DNA of 64,000 nt from a candidate division FCPU426 bacterium (lineage in GTDB: Bacteria; Oederibacteriota; Muellerivitia; Muellerivitales; Muellerivitaceae), in assembly GCA_963830915.1 (NCBI GenBank), contig CAWHOE010000006.1, positions 256,001-320,000 on the forward strand, written 5' to 3'. This document shows positions 9,302 through 19,112 of this stretch, piece after piece; within the stretch, counting starts at the first letter, position 1, and each line of letters begins with the position of its first letter. Position numbers and translations under genes: made by a program. The notes beneath the pieces are model-generated. The model was given only the letters and a program-made list of their open reading frames with translations, had not been told where the DNA came from and did not search any database.

Positions 9302-10234
9302 TCATGATTCCCTTTCTTCCTGGAGCCTTCGGCCCGTGCGGTGGATGAAAACATCCTCCAGGGTGGGCAAACCCAGCGTAAGGGAAAGCACCTGTTCCGG
9401 GAATGTCTCCAGTAAAGCCGGGACCAGGTTATGGGCCTTGGGTTGTTCCACCTGGATGAGCCCGCCGACCAAAACAGCTTTCACCTTGAGCTTTTGTTCA
9501 AGCTGGGGGATCAAGGCTTGGGGATCTTTGGCCCTGATCCGTAGCACTTCCCCGCCGATCTCCGCCTTCAATTGTTCAGGATTGCCCAGGGCCACTTTCT
9601 CGCCTTGGTCCAGGATGAGTAGGCGGTCGCAGCGGTCGGCCTCCTCCAGGTAATGGGTGGTCACCAAAACTGTGGTGTTATTCTCTTTCCGAAGGGTTTC
9701 CAGGTGGTTCCAAAATTCCTTCCTGGCCGCCGGGTCAAGGCCGGTGGAGGGCTCGTCCAGGATCACCAACTCCGGATCGTTCAACAGGGCCTTGGCCAGT
9801 TCAACCCGGCGTTGAAGCCCGCCCGAAAGGGTTTCGACCCGGTCCTTCTTGCGATCCGTCAGGCCCAGTCTTTTCAGATCCCGGTCGATCCGGCCGTCCA
9901 GTAACCCGCCTGACAGGCCGTACAGATGGCCCTGATGCCAGAGGTTCTCACCCACCGTGAGTTTCTTGTCCAACGCCGGCATTTGAAAGACGATCCCCAT
10001 CTTGGCCCGAATGGCGAGGGTATCGGTCGACAGATCCAAACCGAACATCTTTACCTGGCCCGGTCGGCATGAGAAGAGGGTTGAAAGTACCTTGAAGGTC
10101 GTGGTCTTGCCGCCGCCATTGGGGCCAAGGAATCCGAATATCTCCCCTCGGTTCACGGAGAAACTCAGGTCCTTCAATGCGGTCTTGTCCCCATAGTGGT
10201 AGCTTAAGCCGGTCACTTCGATCAAGGGTTCCAT
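9302..10234 (-). CDS. ABC transporter ATP-binding protein (DrrA-like)
   Basis: Walker A GPNGGGKTT, signature LSGG, Walker B ILDEP, H-loop TTH. Confidence 0.95.
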   Translation of the reverse strand: MEPLIEVTGLSYHYGDKTALKDLSFSVNRGEIFGFLGPNGGGKTTTFKVLSTLFSCRPGQVKMFGLDLSTDTLAIRAKMGIVFQMPALDKKLTVGENLWHQGHLYGLSGGLLDGRIDRDLKRLGLTDRKKDRVETLSGGLQRRVELAKALLNDPELVILDEPSTGLDPAARKEFWNHLETLRKENNTTVLVTTHYLEEADRCDRLLILDQGEKVALGNPEQLKAEIGGEVLRIRAKDPQALIPQLEQKLKVKAVLVGGLIQVEQPKAHNLVPALLETFPEQVLSLTLGLPTLEDVFIHRTGRRLQEERES

Positions 10235-10267
10235 GAGTCCGTTCTTTTCCTCGTTCTTTTGGGGCGG

Positions 10268-11128
10268 TCAGATCTTATTCAAGGCCATGGCGATGAAAAG
10301 CAGGGGCAGATAGATGATGGATACCAGGAAAAGTTTCCGGGCCTGGGTCAAGGTCCTCATCCTCACCAACCCCGCGCTGAACCACAAGAAGAACAAACTT
10401 AACACAAGGGCGATCCAAAAATATACCGGCCCGGTCATTTTCAGGTAGGTGGGCAACAACGAGATGGGAAGCAATGCCATGGCGTAAACCACCGCTACCC
10501 ATCCGGTGGTTTCACCCTCCGGATCGATGACCGACAGCATGGGAAAACCGGCTTTGGCGTAATCCTCCCGATAGATCCAACCGATCGAAAGGAAATGGGG
10601 CATTTGCCAGAAGAAGAGGATGGAAAAAAGGGTCCAACCCTCGAATCCGATCTGGTTCTGGACCGCCGCGTAACCCATCAAGGGAGGCATGGCCCCGGGA
10701 ATGGCCCCCACCACGGTGCATAAGGAAGTGATCTTCTTAAGGGGGGTGTAAAAGACGATATAACTGACCAAAGCCGTCATGCCCAGATAAGAGGTCAATT
10801 CATTGACTTGATAAAGAAGTATCCAAAGGCCGAAGACCGATAGGACCAGCCCGAACCAGAAAGCCTGTCGGGAAGGAAGCCTCCCCGCTGGGAGGGGCCG
10901 GGACTTGGTACGGTTCATCCTGCCGTCCGATTCCACCTCGAACCATTGGTTCAAGACCCCGCAGCCCGCCGCCACACCGACCGAACCCAGTAAGGTGAAG
11001 AGAAGTAACCGGCCATTCAAGGGACCGGTACTTCCCATGTAAAAGCCCGCCAGGGTGGTGAAGATGGCGAGAAGGTTCAATCGGGGTTTGGTCAGGGAGA
11101 TGAAATCCTTGAGACGGTCGTTCTTCAA
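10268..11128 (-). CDS. ctaB: Heme O synthase (protoheme IX farnesyltransferase)
   Basis: LTKPR, D..MNRT..RPLP.G, YTPLKK, GAIPGA.PPL.G, WQMPHF, EDYAKAG.PML. Confidence 0.95.
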   Translation of the reverse strand: MKNDRLKDFISLTKPRLNLLAIFTTLAGFYMGSTGPLNGRLLLFTLLGSVGVAAGCGVLNQWFEVESDGRMNRTKSRPLPAGRLPSRQAFWFGLVLSVFGLWILLYQVNELTSYLGMTALVSYIVFYTPLKKITSLCTVVGAIPGAMPPLMGYAAVQNQIGFEGWTLFSILFFWQMPHFLSIGWIYREDYAKAGFPMLSVIDPEGETTGWVAVVYAMALLPISLLPTYLKMTGPVYFWIALVLSLFFLWFSAGLVRMRTLTQARKLFLVSIIYLPLLFIAMALNKI

Positions 11129-11200
11129 ACGTTGGTCCTTCCTGAGTTCGGATACCGAATGTTCTTCATCATAACGCTTTCGATCGGGGAAACGGCTTCT

Positions 11201-12133
11201 TTACGCCTTTGATGCCGCTGGCTTTTTGAAAATTTGAAAACTTTTCAGGGTCAATACCACCATGGAGGCCAGGACCGCCGCCCCGACGATGACGTGGACC
11301 GAGGTCGGCACCACATCCTTCCCTGACTCGATGACCAGGACGCCTAAAAAACATTGAAGCCAGACCAAGAGTCCGGCGCTGGCCGCGGGCCAGAAAAGGG
11401 ACCTTTCTTCTTGGTATTGTTGGCAAACTCGGAAGGAAACAAGGGTCACCAGGATCAGGACGACCAAGGCCCCTAACCTATGGCAAAAGTTGACGAGGAT
11501 GGGAAAGGACCATTCAGGCGGCAGGACTTGCCCAAAACTGGTCGGAAAATCCGGGATGGCCAGGCCAGCCCCGCTATGGCGCATGACGGCTCCCAGGATG
11601 ATCTGGACATAGACCGCGGCTGTGGTAACCAGGCTTAGGGTCGGGACCTGAAAGGTCCCCGGAGCCAATCGTTCTTGTTTCTCGTCCAGCCAATTCCTGG
11701 AAGTTACCAGGGTCAAACTCACGACCAGGACAAAAAATATCTGGGCCAAGCCCGCGTGACCCACCGAAACCGCCGTGGGAAGATGCATCAGCACCGTCAC
11801 CCCGCCCAGGACCGCCTGGAGCACCACCGCCCCCAGGGCCCACCAGGCTAATTTCTTAACCCAATCCCTCGTTTCCACTCTTTGGGTGATGAAAGCCAGG
11901 ATGGTCATCAGTATCGCCACCGTACCAGCGACCATCCGGTGCCCATGCTCATAAAAGACACCACCCGTCATGGGCGGGAAAAACTTTCCGAAGGATAATG
12001 GCCAATCCGGCACGGCCAGGCTGGAACCAGTGCTTGTGACCAGCGCTCCTGCCAACAACAGGAAAAAAGTACAGCCCGCCGTCACGAACGCGAACCGATG
12101 CAGATCTGGATGGTAGACAGGATTCTGGTTCAT
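11201..12133 (-). CDS. ctaA: Heme A synthase (CtaA/COX15)
   Basis: GALVTSTGS.LAVPDWP, EHGHR, QAVLGG.TV, second AIPDFP/HR repeat; start trimmed to MNQNP (RBS GAGGAG). Confidence 0.9.
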   Translation of the reverse strand: MNQNPVYHPDLHRFAFVTAGCTFFLLLAGALVTSTGSSLAVPDWPLSFGKFFPPMTGGVFYEHGHRMVAGTVAILMTILAFITQRVETRDWVKKLAWWALGAVVLQAVLGGVTVLMHLPTAVSVGHAGLAQIFFVLVVSLTLVTSRNWLDEKQERLAPGTFQVPTLSLVTTAAVYVQIILGAVMRHSGAGLAIPDFPTSFGQVLPPEWSFPILVNFCHRLGALVVLILVTLVSFRVCQQYQEERSLFWPAASAGLLVWLQCFLGVLVIESGKDVVPTSVHVIVGAAVLASMVVLTLKSFQIFKKPAASKA

Positions 12134-12144
12134 ATTTCTCCTCG

Positions 12145-12180
12145 AAAAAAAGATGGCCCCAGAGGACTCCCCAGGGCCAT
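12145..12180 (-). terminator. Intrinsic terminator between the lipoprotein gene and ctaA
   Basis: Minus strand ATGGCCC...GGGCCAT stem followed by CTTTTTTT. Confidence 0.6.
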
Positions 12181-12224
12181 GGATGTTCATATCAAAACCG
12201 CACGGATTATCGATTTTTCCTTTT

Positions 12225-12995
12225 TTACTGCGCAGTGAAGATGAAGTCGACCGACTTGGTCTCCCCGTCCTTGATGTCCACCTTTTGTGGGGCTGACTCG
12301 CCGTATTTTTCCTGCCAGGCCACCAGGGTGTAACTTCCCGCCGGGAGGGAGGAGATCTTATAAGTCCCATCGGCAGCCGTCACATTGAAGAACGGATGGC
12401 TGAAAACCCCCCCGAAACAATGCATCCAGCTATGGACATCGCATTTGAACTTCACCGGCATCTCCGGCTTGGTGAACTTTTTCTCGGTCTTCATGCCCTG
12501 ACTGGGCTGACCCACGTTGAAAGCGTCATTGATCGACGGCATGGCGTGGACGTTGTGCAGGGTCGGATCGTCATTGACGATCTCCAAGGGCTGGTTGACC
12601 TGTATCCCGAACACATGAGGGGTATACATACAACCGTGCTGGGTCAGGGTGACGCCTGTGGAGGGGGCCGGATAGCTTCCAGACACATCCTTGGTATAGA
12701 CCAGGACATTGGCCAGATCGTTCTTCGCGTCCACCACGACCGTCTCATCCTTGACCGAGCCTGAGTGCTGGGATTTACACACGGGGTCCGCGTCCATCGC
12801 GATGAGTTCGGCTTTCGGCGCCCCGCCTTTCAAGGTGACCTTGCCGGAAATGACCCCAGTGCCCAGTTTAGCGGCTGACGCGGAGCCGGTATTACCGCCT
12901 CCCATCGCGTCGAGGTCATCATCGCTGTTCTTTCCGCAGCCAGCGGTCATTAGACCCGCCGCCAGAATGAACACCAGGTAGTGTCTTAAATTCAT
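12225..12995 (-). CDS. Lipoprotein with cupredoxin-like core and carboxypeptidase-regulatory-like beta domain
   Basis: Lipobox LMTAGC; C.YTPHV, HNVH, KCDVHSWM (His/Cys/His/Met pattern); ADGTYKIS.LPAG.YTL. Confidence 0.8.
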   Translation of the reverse strand: MNLRHYLVFILAAGLMTAGCGKNSDDDLDAMGGGNTGSASAAKLGTGVISGKVTLKGGAPKAELIAMDADPVCKSQHSGSVKDETVVVDAKNDLANVLVYTKDVSGSYPAPSTGVTLTQHGCMYTPHVFGIQVNQPLEIVNDDPTLHNVHAMPSINDAFNVGQPSQGMKTEKKFTKPEMPVKFKCDVHSWMHCFGGVFSHPFFNVTAADGTYKISSLPAGSYTLVAWQEKYGESAPQKVDIKDGETKSVDFIFTAQ

Positions 12996-13115
12996 TTCTC
13001 TCTCCTCTGTGGTCGAACTTTCCTAGACCGAGCCCGAAGACCCGATCAGGCTTGAACCGAAAAATACTTTAGCCCTGGGAAACCTTGATTGCAAGCTGGG
13101 ACAATGGGACAAAGA

Positions 13116-13155
13116 AGGCTCTAAATCACTCCCATTAGGGGGAGTGAAGAAGCCT
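13116..13155 (-). terminator. Hairpin downstream of the multiheme cytochrome c
   Basis: TCACTCCC/GGGAGTGA stem extended by AGGCT/AGCCT, immediately after the stop. Confidence 0.45.
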
Positions 13156-13158
13156 CTA

Positions 13159-15958
13159 TTACATACCCTTCCCCAGCATGAAGAGATAATCCCGGAGGGC
13201 TTCCCGCTGTTTAGGGGAATCCCCATGGAAATATTGGGGAACGGGCGAGGTTTCCTGGGGCCAGAACCCGGGCATCCGGGTCCCCGGCATCAGATCATCC
13301 GGGTTCTTGAGCCAAAGGACGATCCAATCAGGCTTGAGCCTCTCATGCACTTTCAAAAGATCCGGGGCGGCCGAATTGAGGTCGGGCGGTATCTTGTCGC
13401 CCAACACGTGGCACTTCTGGCACTGCAACTTGGCGAACATGGCCTTGGCTTGGATCAGGTCATTACCCTTCAGCTTCTGGGTCGTCACCTTCTGGAAGGG
13501 ATATATCTGGTTGTCGTTAAGGTTGAAATAAGTGATGACTTTACTGACATCCTCGTCCGACCAGCGGAAGCTGGGCATGCGGATGTGCAGCCAGGGCCGG
13601 ATGGGATGGACATTCGTGAGGAAGTCATGGAACCACTCGATCTGGACCTTGGACCCTTCCTTGCGGAGGTTGGGCGGGGCCAGGGAGAAATCCATGCCTT
13701 CTTTCTCGTACATTTCCCGTATCTTGCCGCCCTGATCCTCGATCAGATGGCAGCCGCGGCAATTGAACTTGGCGATGACCCGGCGGCCCTGTTCCAGCAA
13801 GGGGCCATTGCCATGGATCCCGGCCGTCATCTCATCAGGCACGTAGGTGTTGGTGAGGCCCAAGACCGCGGTCACGATGGCGTCCCGCTCATCGACCGAC
13901 AAATAGAAATTGGGCATCTTCAAGCGGTCCTGGAAGGCCTGGACCTTGTCCTTATCGAATTGCCGGGGATTGGAAAGCTTGGCGTTGATGAAAGCGTCGT
14001 GGGTATGGGCCACATCGGTGAACCCGAAGTCGATCTGGCTGAGCTGTTTGGAGCCCCACTCGGAAAGCTCGGTGCCGATGCCCTGGGCCGTCTCGAAACC
14101 CTGGATCATATGACAGCCGAAACAACCGTACTTGGTGATGCTCTTCTGCCCTAACAAGAGTTCTTTGGCGTCGTCGGTCATACCGGCCACTTGCTCTCGG
14201 GCCGACTTCTCACCCTGCTGGACCTTGAGGTAATCCACCAACAGCTGGTCCCTAACCGCCGGATCGGCCTGGGGCGGGGTCGTGGACTCGAAATCCTTGT
14301 TGCGCTTGCTCATCAGGTAGGCCGTGATATCGGAGGCTTCCTGCGCAGACAGGCGCAGGTTGGGCATGCGGGTATCCGGATCGTAATGTTTGGGATCGCG
14401 TATCCAGGTATAGACCCAGGACGGGGAAAGTTTGCTTCCCGCCGCCGAAAGGTCCGGCGCGAAATTGGCGTGGTAGCTGGCGACATCGTTCATCCCGTGG
14501 CAGGCCACGCAGCCGACTTCCTTGAAAAGTTTCTTGCCGTTGGAGACGCTTCCCCGGCCCGGGAGCTTCCTTGGGTTGATAATCAGCGGACCGGGTGAAA
14601 AGATAATTCACGATAGCGGTCATCTCGGTCTTGGTCTTGGCCAGGCCTTCCTCATCCGAGTTGTTCGTCTGCTGGAAGTAGCTGGGCATCTTGGCTTCAG
14701 GATTGAATGACTTGGGCGCCCAGACCCATTTGAGCACGAACTCTTTCTTAAGCTTTCCCTTCACCTTCAGCAAGTTCGGTCCGGCCTTGGGCATGTTCTC
14801 CAGGTTCTTGACCTTGTGGCAACCGACACAGCCCCGCACCACCATCAATTCCCGGCCTTTATCCAGCTTGGGGGCGAAATTCACGTGTTGCTGGGTACCG
14901 TGGCACTTCAAACAGGAACCCTCCGTATATTTCAGGGGGAGCATGGGAACAGGAACGCCTTCAGGCTCTTTCCAGTTGTATTTAACGGTCCAGACCTTGG
15001 CCTGGTCCTCGTCGTTGGGAACATGGGCGCAGGTATTGAAATTGACCGCTTGGCCCACACCGCCATGACAGACGGTACAACCGATCTTGTTCAAGGGATG
15101 GGGGCTGGAAGCTCCCAGATAAAGGTCCAACTTGGGGTGGGTGCGGAAAGGCTGGGGCGCGTCCTCGAAGCCTTTTTGGTCGATGGCCAAATGGCAGGTG
15201 ATACAACGATCCACTCGCATGGTCTTGGCGAAATAGAGATCCTCCGGCAGGTTCTTCAACACGATCTGTTTGACCTGGATGGTGGGGGACATGAAATCCA
15301 GCAGCATGGCGTTACGGAACATGAAGAGGAAGTCGAAATCCAGGTTATGGAATTTGGTCCTCAGCAGGGTCAAATTGGCCGTGAGCTTTTTGATCTGGTC
15401 CTTGGCGTCATCCCTTTTGGCCGAAAGGTCGGCCAGTTTCTGGAGGATCTGATCCTGGGCCTTCTTGAGTTCGAACACCTTCTGGTTCAGGGCGCTGGCC
15501 TCATCCACCAGATCGTCTATCTTCTTCTTCAATCCGGAGTTTACTTTGCCTTCTTTCAAGAAGTGCTCGGAATAATCGTACTTGGCCGCGTCGATCTGCG
15601 CCCTCTCCAAGAGATAATCCTTGTTGAATTTGTAGATCTGGGCGTCCAGCTTGCCTTGTTGGTCTTCCAGATCGCTGATCTCGCGTGTATGGGTTTCCAG
15701 TTCCTTGGAGGCGTCGCTAAGCTGGGTTTTCAGTTGGTTGACCTGGTTCCAATCCACCTCGTTCTTGGCCTCGGCGTAACTTTCCTTGATGCGGCTACGT
15801 TGAAGGTGCATGAACTTGCGCTGGTAATCCTTCCAGGGACGGCTGTAATCCAGCCAGGCCATGGCGATGACGCAAGCCAACAGCCCCAGGCTGGCCCAAA
15901 GGAATACTTTGGTCAGGGTATTAACGTTGTAGACCCGTTCGTCTTTGACTTCAGCCAA
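13159..15958 (-). CDS. Membrane-anchored octaheme cytochrome c of the Rieske/cyt b complex (~932 aa, one frameshift at ~14550-14555)
   Basis: ORFs 14252-15958 and 13159-14508 join as ..APGPG/SVSNGKKLFKEVGCVACH if one base is removed; CxxCH: CITCH, CTVCH, CLKCH, CVGCH, CVACH, CFGCH, CRGCH, CQKCH; N-terminal TM and coiled coil. Confidence 0.88.
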
Positions 15959-15989
15959 GGCTTGTTCCTTTACGGACCCTTTTTTGGTC

Positions 15990-17076
15990 CTAAATATTGA
16001 AGAAAAATTCCGGTATCGAGACGATGTATTTAAGGTTCAAAACCCACCGCAGGATCATTTTGATGGGAAGCGCCGCCATCAGCAGGGTCAGGTTGATCAG
16101 GATCGCGTAACGTACCAGCCCCATTTTTTCCAGCATCCCCTGAAGTAGCGGGATCTTCTTGGTCAATAACGGGGGAAGACCGACCAGGTAGAAGATGACG
16201 ATCAGGAAACCCCAGAATCTCGCGGATGAACCAACTATGAGGCAGTCCGGTTCCCAACAACTTCACCCAGATGTACTCGGAAAAGTTCACGTTGTTCAAG
16301 ACCACGACCTTGTGGGCGTCCCAAACCTCGAAGGGTCCGAAGAAGTTCCAGGCCGGACCGCGCAGGAAGGTTCCCAGGAAGATCAGGGTCACCCAAAGGA
16401 TGAAGAATCCGAACAGGAAAGGGATGATGGCGAATTGTCGCTCCGAGAAGGTGTAATATCCGTTACCCTTGGGGTTCTTGTCGATATAAGGGATGGCCAT
16501 AAGGCCTACGATGATCAGGGTCGGGAAGACCACCCCGGCCAGCCAGGGATCGTAATATACGAGCATTTCCTGTAGACCCAGGAAGTACCAGGGGGCTTTG
16601 GAGGGATTGGGGGTCCAGGCCGGGGTAGCCGATTCTTCCAAGGGCGCGTGAAGGCAGAGGGACCAGACCAGAAGAAGGACACCGGCGATCACGGTCACGA
16701 TGAACTCGATATAGACCAGGTCGGGCCAAACATAGGTCTTGATGTCGGAGGTTTCTTTCTCGATCGGTGGTTTTCCCTCGGCCAGGCGCTTATCGTTCAA
16801 GGCGGCCTGCCGGAAGGACAGCCAGGTGAAGAATCCCACCGAGAAAACCATGATGAAGATGGGGAAATTATCCGCTTTGGTGGAGATATCCCGGAAATGG
16901 TCGTTGAACATGGATAATCCCAGGACCGCCAGGACCCCCCCCAGTATCTTCAAGGCGAACTTCGGTTCGGTCCATTGATGCCGGTAGCGGATCATGGCAT
17001 AGAACAACCCGACCGAGATCAGGAAGTATGCCCAAGGTTGGAACAAGAAATTCGTGAGACTGACTAAAGATTGCAT
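15990..17076 (-). CDS. Cytochrome b C-terminal / subunit IV-like protein with extra TM helices (~361 aa, frameshift at ~16207-16213)
   Basis: VWPDLVYIE, APLEE.A.P..TPNPSKAPWYFLGLQE; shifted frame continues hydrophobically to LPIKMILRWVLNLKYIVSIPEFFFNI*. Confidence 0.85.
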
Positions 17077-17159
17077 TTTGCCTCGGATCAGATATTTGTT
17101 TTTGGATCATTCCCCTAATAGATCGGAACGATCCACGGCCGAAACTTTCACATCGAACC

Positions 17160-17990
17160 TCAAAGAGGTCCGGAAATCCCCCCGTCCTTGCGGATCCTCC
17201 AGAAATGGATGGCCATCAAGGTCGCCGCGACGATCGGTATAAAGACGCAATGAAGCACGTAAAAACGGAGGAGTGTGGCCTCGGAAACGAAGTGACCGCC
17301 CAAAAGGGCGAAATGGACATCCGATCCCCCATGCACCAAGTGGACCCCGCCGATCTGGATCATGGAAGCGCCCGGACCCTCATAACCCATGAAGGGAGTG
17401 GCGCGGGCCATGTTGGTCCCGACCGTGATGGCCCACATGGCCAACTGGTCCCAGGGCAAAAGGTAACCGGTGAAAGAAAGAAGAAGGGTCAATACCAGGA
17501 GCACCACGCCGATGACCCAGTTGAACTCACGGGGGGGCTTATAGGAACCCGTCATGAAAACCCGGAACATATGCAGCCAGACCGCGATGACCATGGCATG
17601 GGCCGCCCAGCGGTGCAGTTCCCGCATGATGCCCAGAGGCACATGCTCACGAAGGGCCACGATGTCGTAAAAAGCGTACTCGGCGGTGGGCCGGTAATAG
17701 AACATCAAAAGAACGCCGGTCACGGTCAGGTTCAAGAATAGGAAGAAGGACAAACCACCCATGCACCAAGTGTAGCTCATCTTGATGCCGGAATATCGGG
17801 CCTTCACAGGATGAAGATGCAGGAAGAGGTTGGACAGGACCGCCATGATACGGTTACGGGGCGTGTCCGGATAGCCGTGCCGGAACACCGATTTCCAAAC
17901 CTGTCCCTCGGCGATGGATTTACGGACCGCCTCAGGCGAAGGCGCCTTGGCCTTCCATTCAGCGATGGTTTTTTTGATTCCTTCTAACAT
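17160..17990 (-). CDS. qcrB: Cytochrome b N-terminal subunit (b6-like)
   Basis: [57 protein letters not shown]. Confidence 0.93.
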   Translation of the reverse strand: MLEGIKKTIAEWKAKAPSPEAVRKSIAEGQVWKSVFRHGYPDTPRNRIMAVLSNLFLHLHPVKARYSGIKMSYTWCMGGLSFFLFLNLTVTGVLLMFYYRPTAEYAFYDIVALREHVPLGIMRELHRWAAHAMVIAVWLHMFRVFMTGSYKPPREFNWVIGVVLLVLTLLLSFTGYLLPWDQLAMWAITVGTNMARATPFMGYEGPGASMIQIGGVHLVHGGSDVHFALLGGHFVSEATLLRFYVLHCVFIPIVAATLMAIHFWRIRKDGGISGPL

Positions 17991-18050
17991 GCGCTACTCC
18001 CCTTCCTCTAAAAAGCAGTTCTAAGTTAACAACAACTTAAAACTTTCGGA

Positions 18051-18896
18051 TCAGCCTTTGTACTCCAAGAACGATCCGGGCATTCCCCACTGTCCCAATT
18101 CCTGCTGGAACTTGACTCCCTCATCCACCTCGATCTGGCCGTCATCGGCCAGGGCGATCTGAAAACGTTCCAAGGGTCTGGGGGCCGGTCCCTCGAAATT
18201 GACACCGGTGACATAAAAACCGCTCCCATGGCAAGGGCATTTGAATTTCTGCTCGGTCTGGAGCCAGTTGGGGGTGCAACCCAAATGGGTACAGATGGTT
18301 GAGAGCGCGTAAAAACCCTTGTCGTTGCGGACGATCCATACCCGGTGTTCGTTCTTGAAACGCTCATCCACCCCCACCGCGAACTGGTCCGGAAAGCCGA
18401 CCTTGAATTTTAATGGCGGTTCGAAGGTTACATTGGGGAAAAAGAAACGCAGGACGGTGGTCAACGCGCCCATGGTAGCCGCCGTAAAAGCGATCCAGGC
18501 CCATCCTAGAAGGGTGATGAAGGACCGGCGGGTCATCTGGGGATTCAGGGGAAGAACTTGTCCATCAGCCGTGGTAAAGGTCGGCATGGAAGCCGGCGCG
18601 GGGACTGGCTTTTTCTTGCGGATGATCTCTTCCGGAACAGGAGCTGGGTTATAGAAGAAATGGTAGACGGTCAGACCGATCAACGAAAGGACATAGATCG
18701 CCAGTACCCCAAGACCCGAGTAAGCGATGATCAGGATGGTCGAGCTGGCGCCAGAAGACGCTGCAGTGGATTCCTCAGCGAAAAGTATGGATGTGGTTAA
18801 CAATAGGCAAATGGATGCAATAATAGCTATCTTTTTTCGTGGTAATAGATCAGGCATCCATGGCTCCAATGGATCTTTCGGCTCAACATAACTCAA
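18051..18896 (-). CDS. qcrA: Rieske [2Fe-2S] protein with N-terminal extension
   Basis: CTHLGC and CPCHGS boxes, GPAPRPL, internal TRRSF Tat-like motif plus TM; start uncertain. Confidence 0.92.
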   Translation of the reverse strand: MSYVEPKDPLEPWMPDLLPRKKIAIIASICLLLTTSILFAEESTAASSGASSTILIIAYSGLGVLAIYVLSLIGLTVYHFFYNPAPVPEEIIRKKKPVPAPASMPTFTTADGQVLPLNPQMTRRSFITLLGWAWIAFTAATMGALTTVLRFFFPNVTFEPPLKFKVGFPDQFAVGVDERFKNEHRVWIVRNDKGFYALSTICTHLGCTPNWLQTEQKFKCPCHGSGFYVTGVNFEGPAPRPLERFQIALADDGQIEVDEGVKFQQELGQWGMPGSFLEYKG

Positions 18897-18950
18897 AAAT
18901 CATTACGAGGTTTTGATGAGTGAAAAGTCAAATGCATATAAAGCAGGCGT

Positions 18951-18980
18951 ATTCTAGTCGAGTATTTTTTCGAGTGTCAA
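18951..18980 (-). promoter_or_regulatory. Sigma70-type promoter of the respiratory operon
   Basis: Minus strand TTGACA-N18-TAGAAT, ~55 nt upstream of the Rieske ORF. Confidence 0.65.
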
Positions 18981-19112
18981 GAACCAACGTGGCAAAAATC
19001 CTTATTTTTATGCGGTAAATCGGCCAAAAGGTCATTCAAAAGTTAAAAGAATTCACAAAGCGTAAAAGCTTCCGCTTGCCCGGACAACTTCAGCCATTTT
19101 CCCTATTTTCTT

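Noticed and set aside
11201..12370. Extended N-termini in the ORF track (ctaA from 12370, macrodomain from 7134, CoA-binding from 7489, SDRs from 52662 and 63845)
   Set aside because: They overlap neighbouring genes or terminators, or lack homology-like content; downstream starts match the family N-termini and most have clear RBSs.
13144..16000. Long plus-strand ORFs 13144-14154 and 14816-16000
   Set aside because: Antisense to the multiheme cytochrome c; typical high-GC3 shadow frames.
19041..19058. Rex-like operator TTGTGAATTCTTTTAACT upstream of the respiratory promoter
   Set aside because: Only one half-site matches well in AT-rich DNA; too weak to call.
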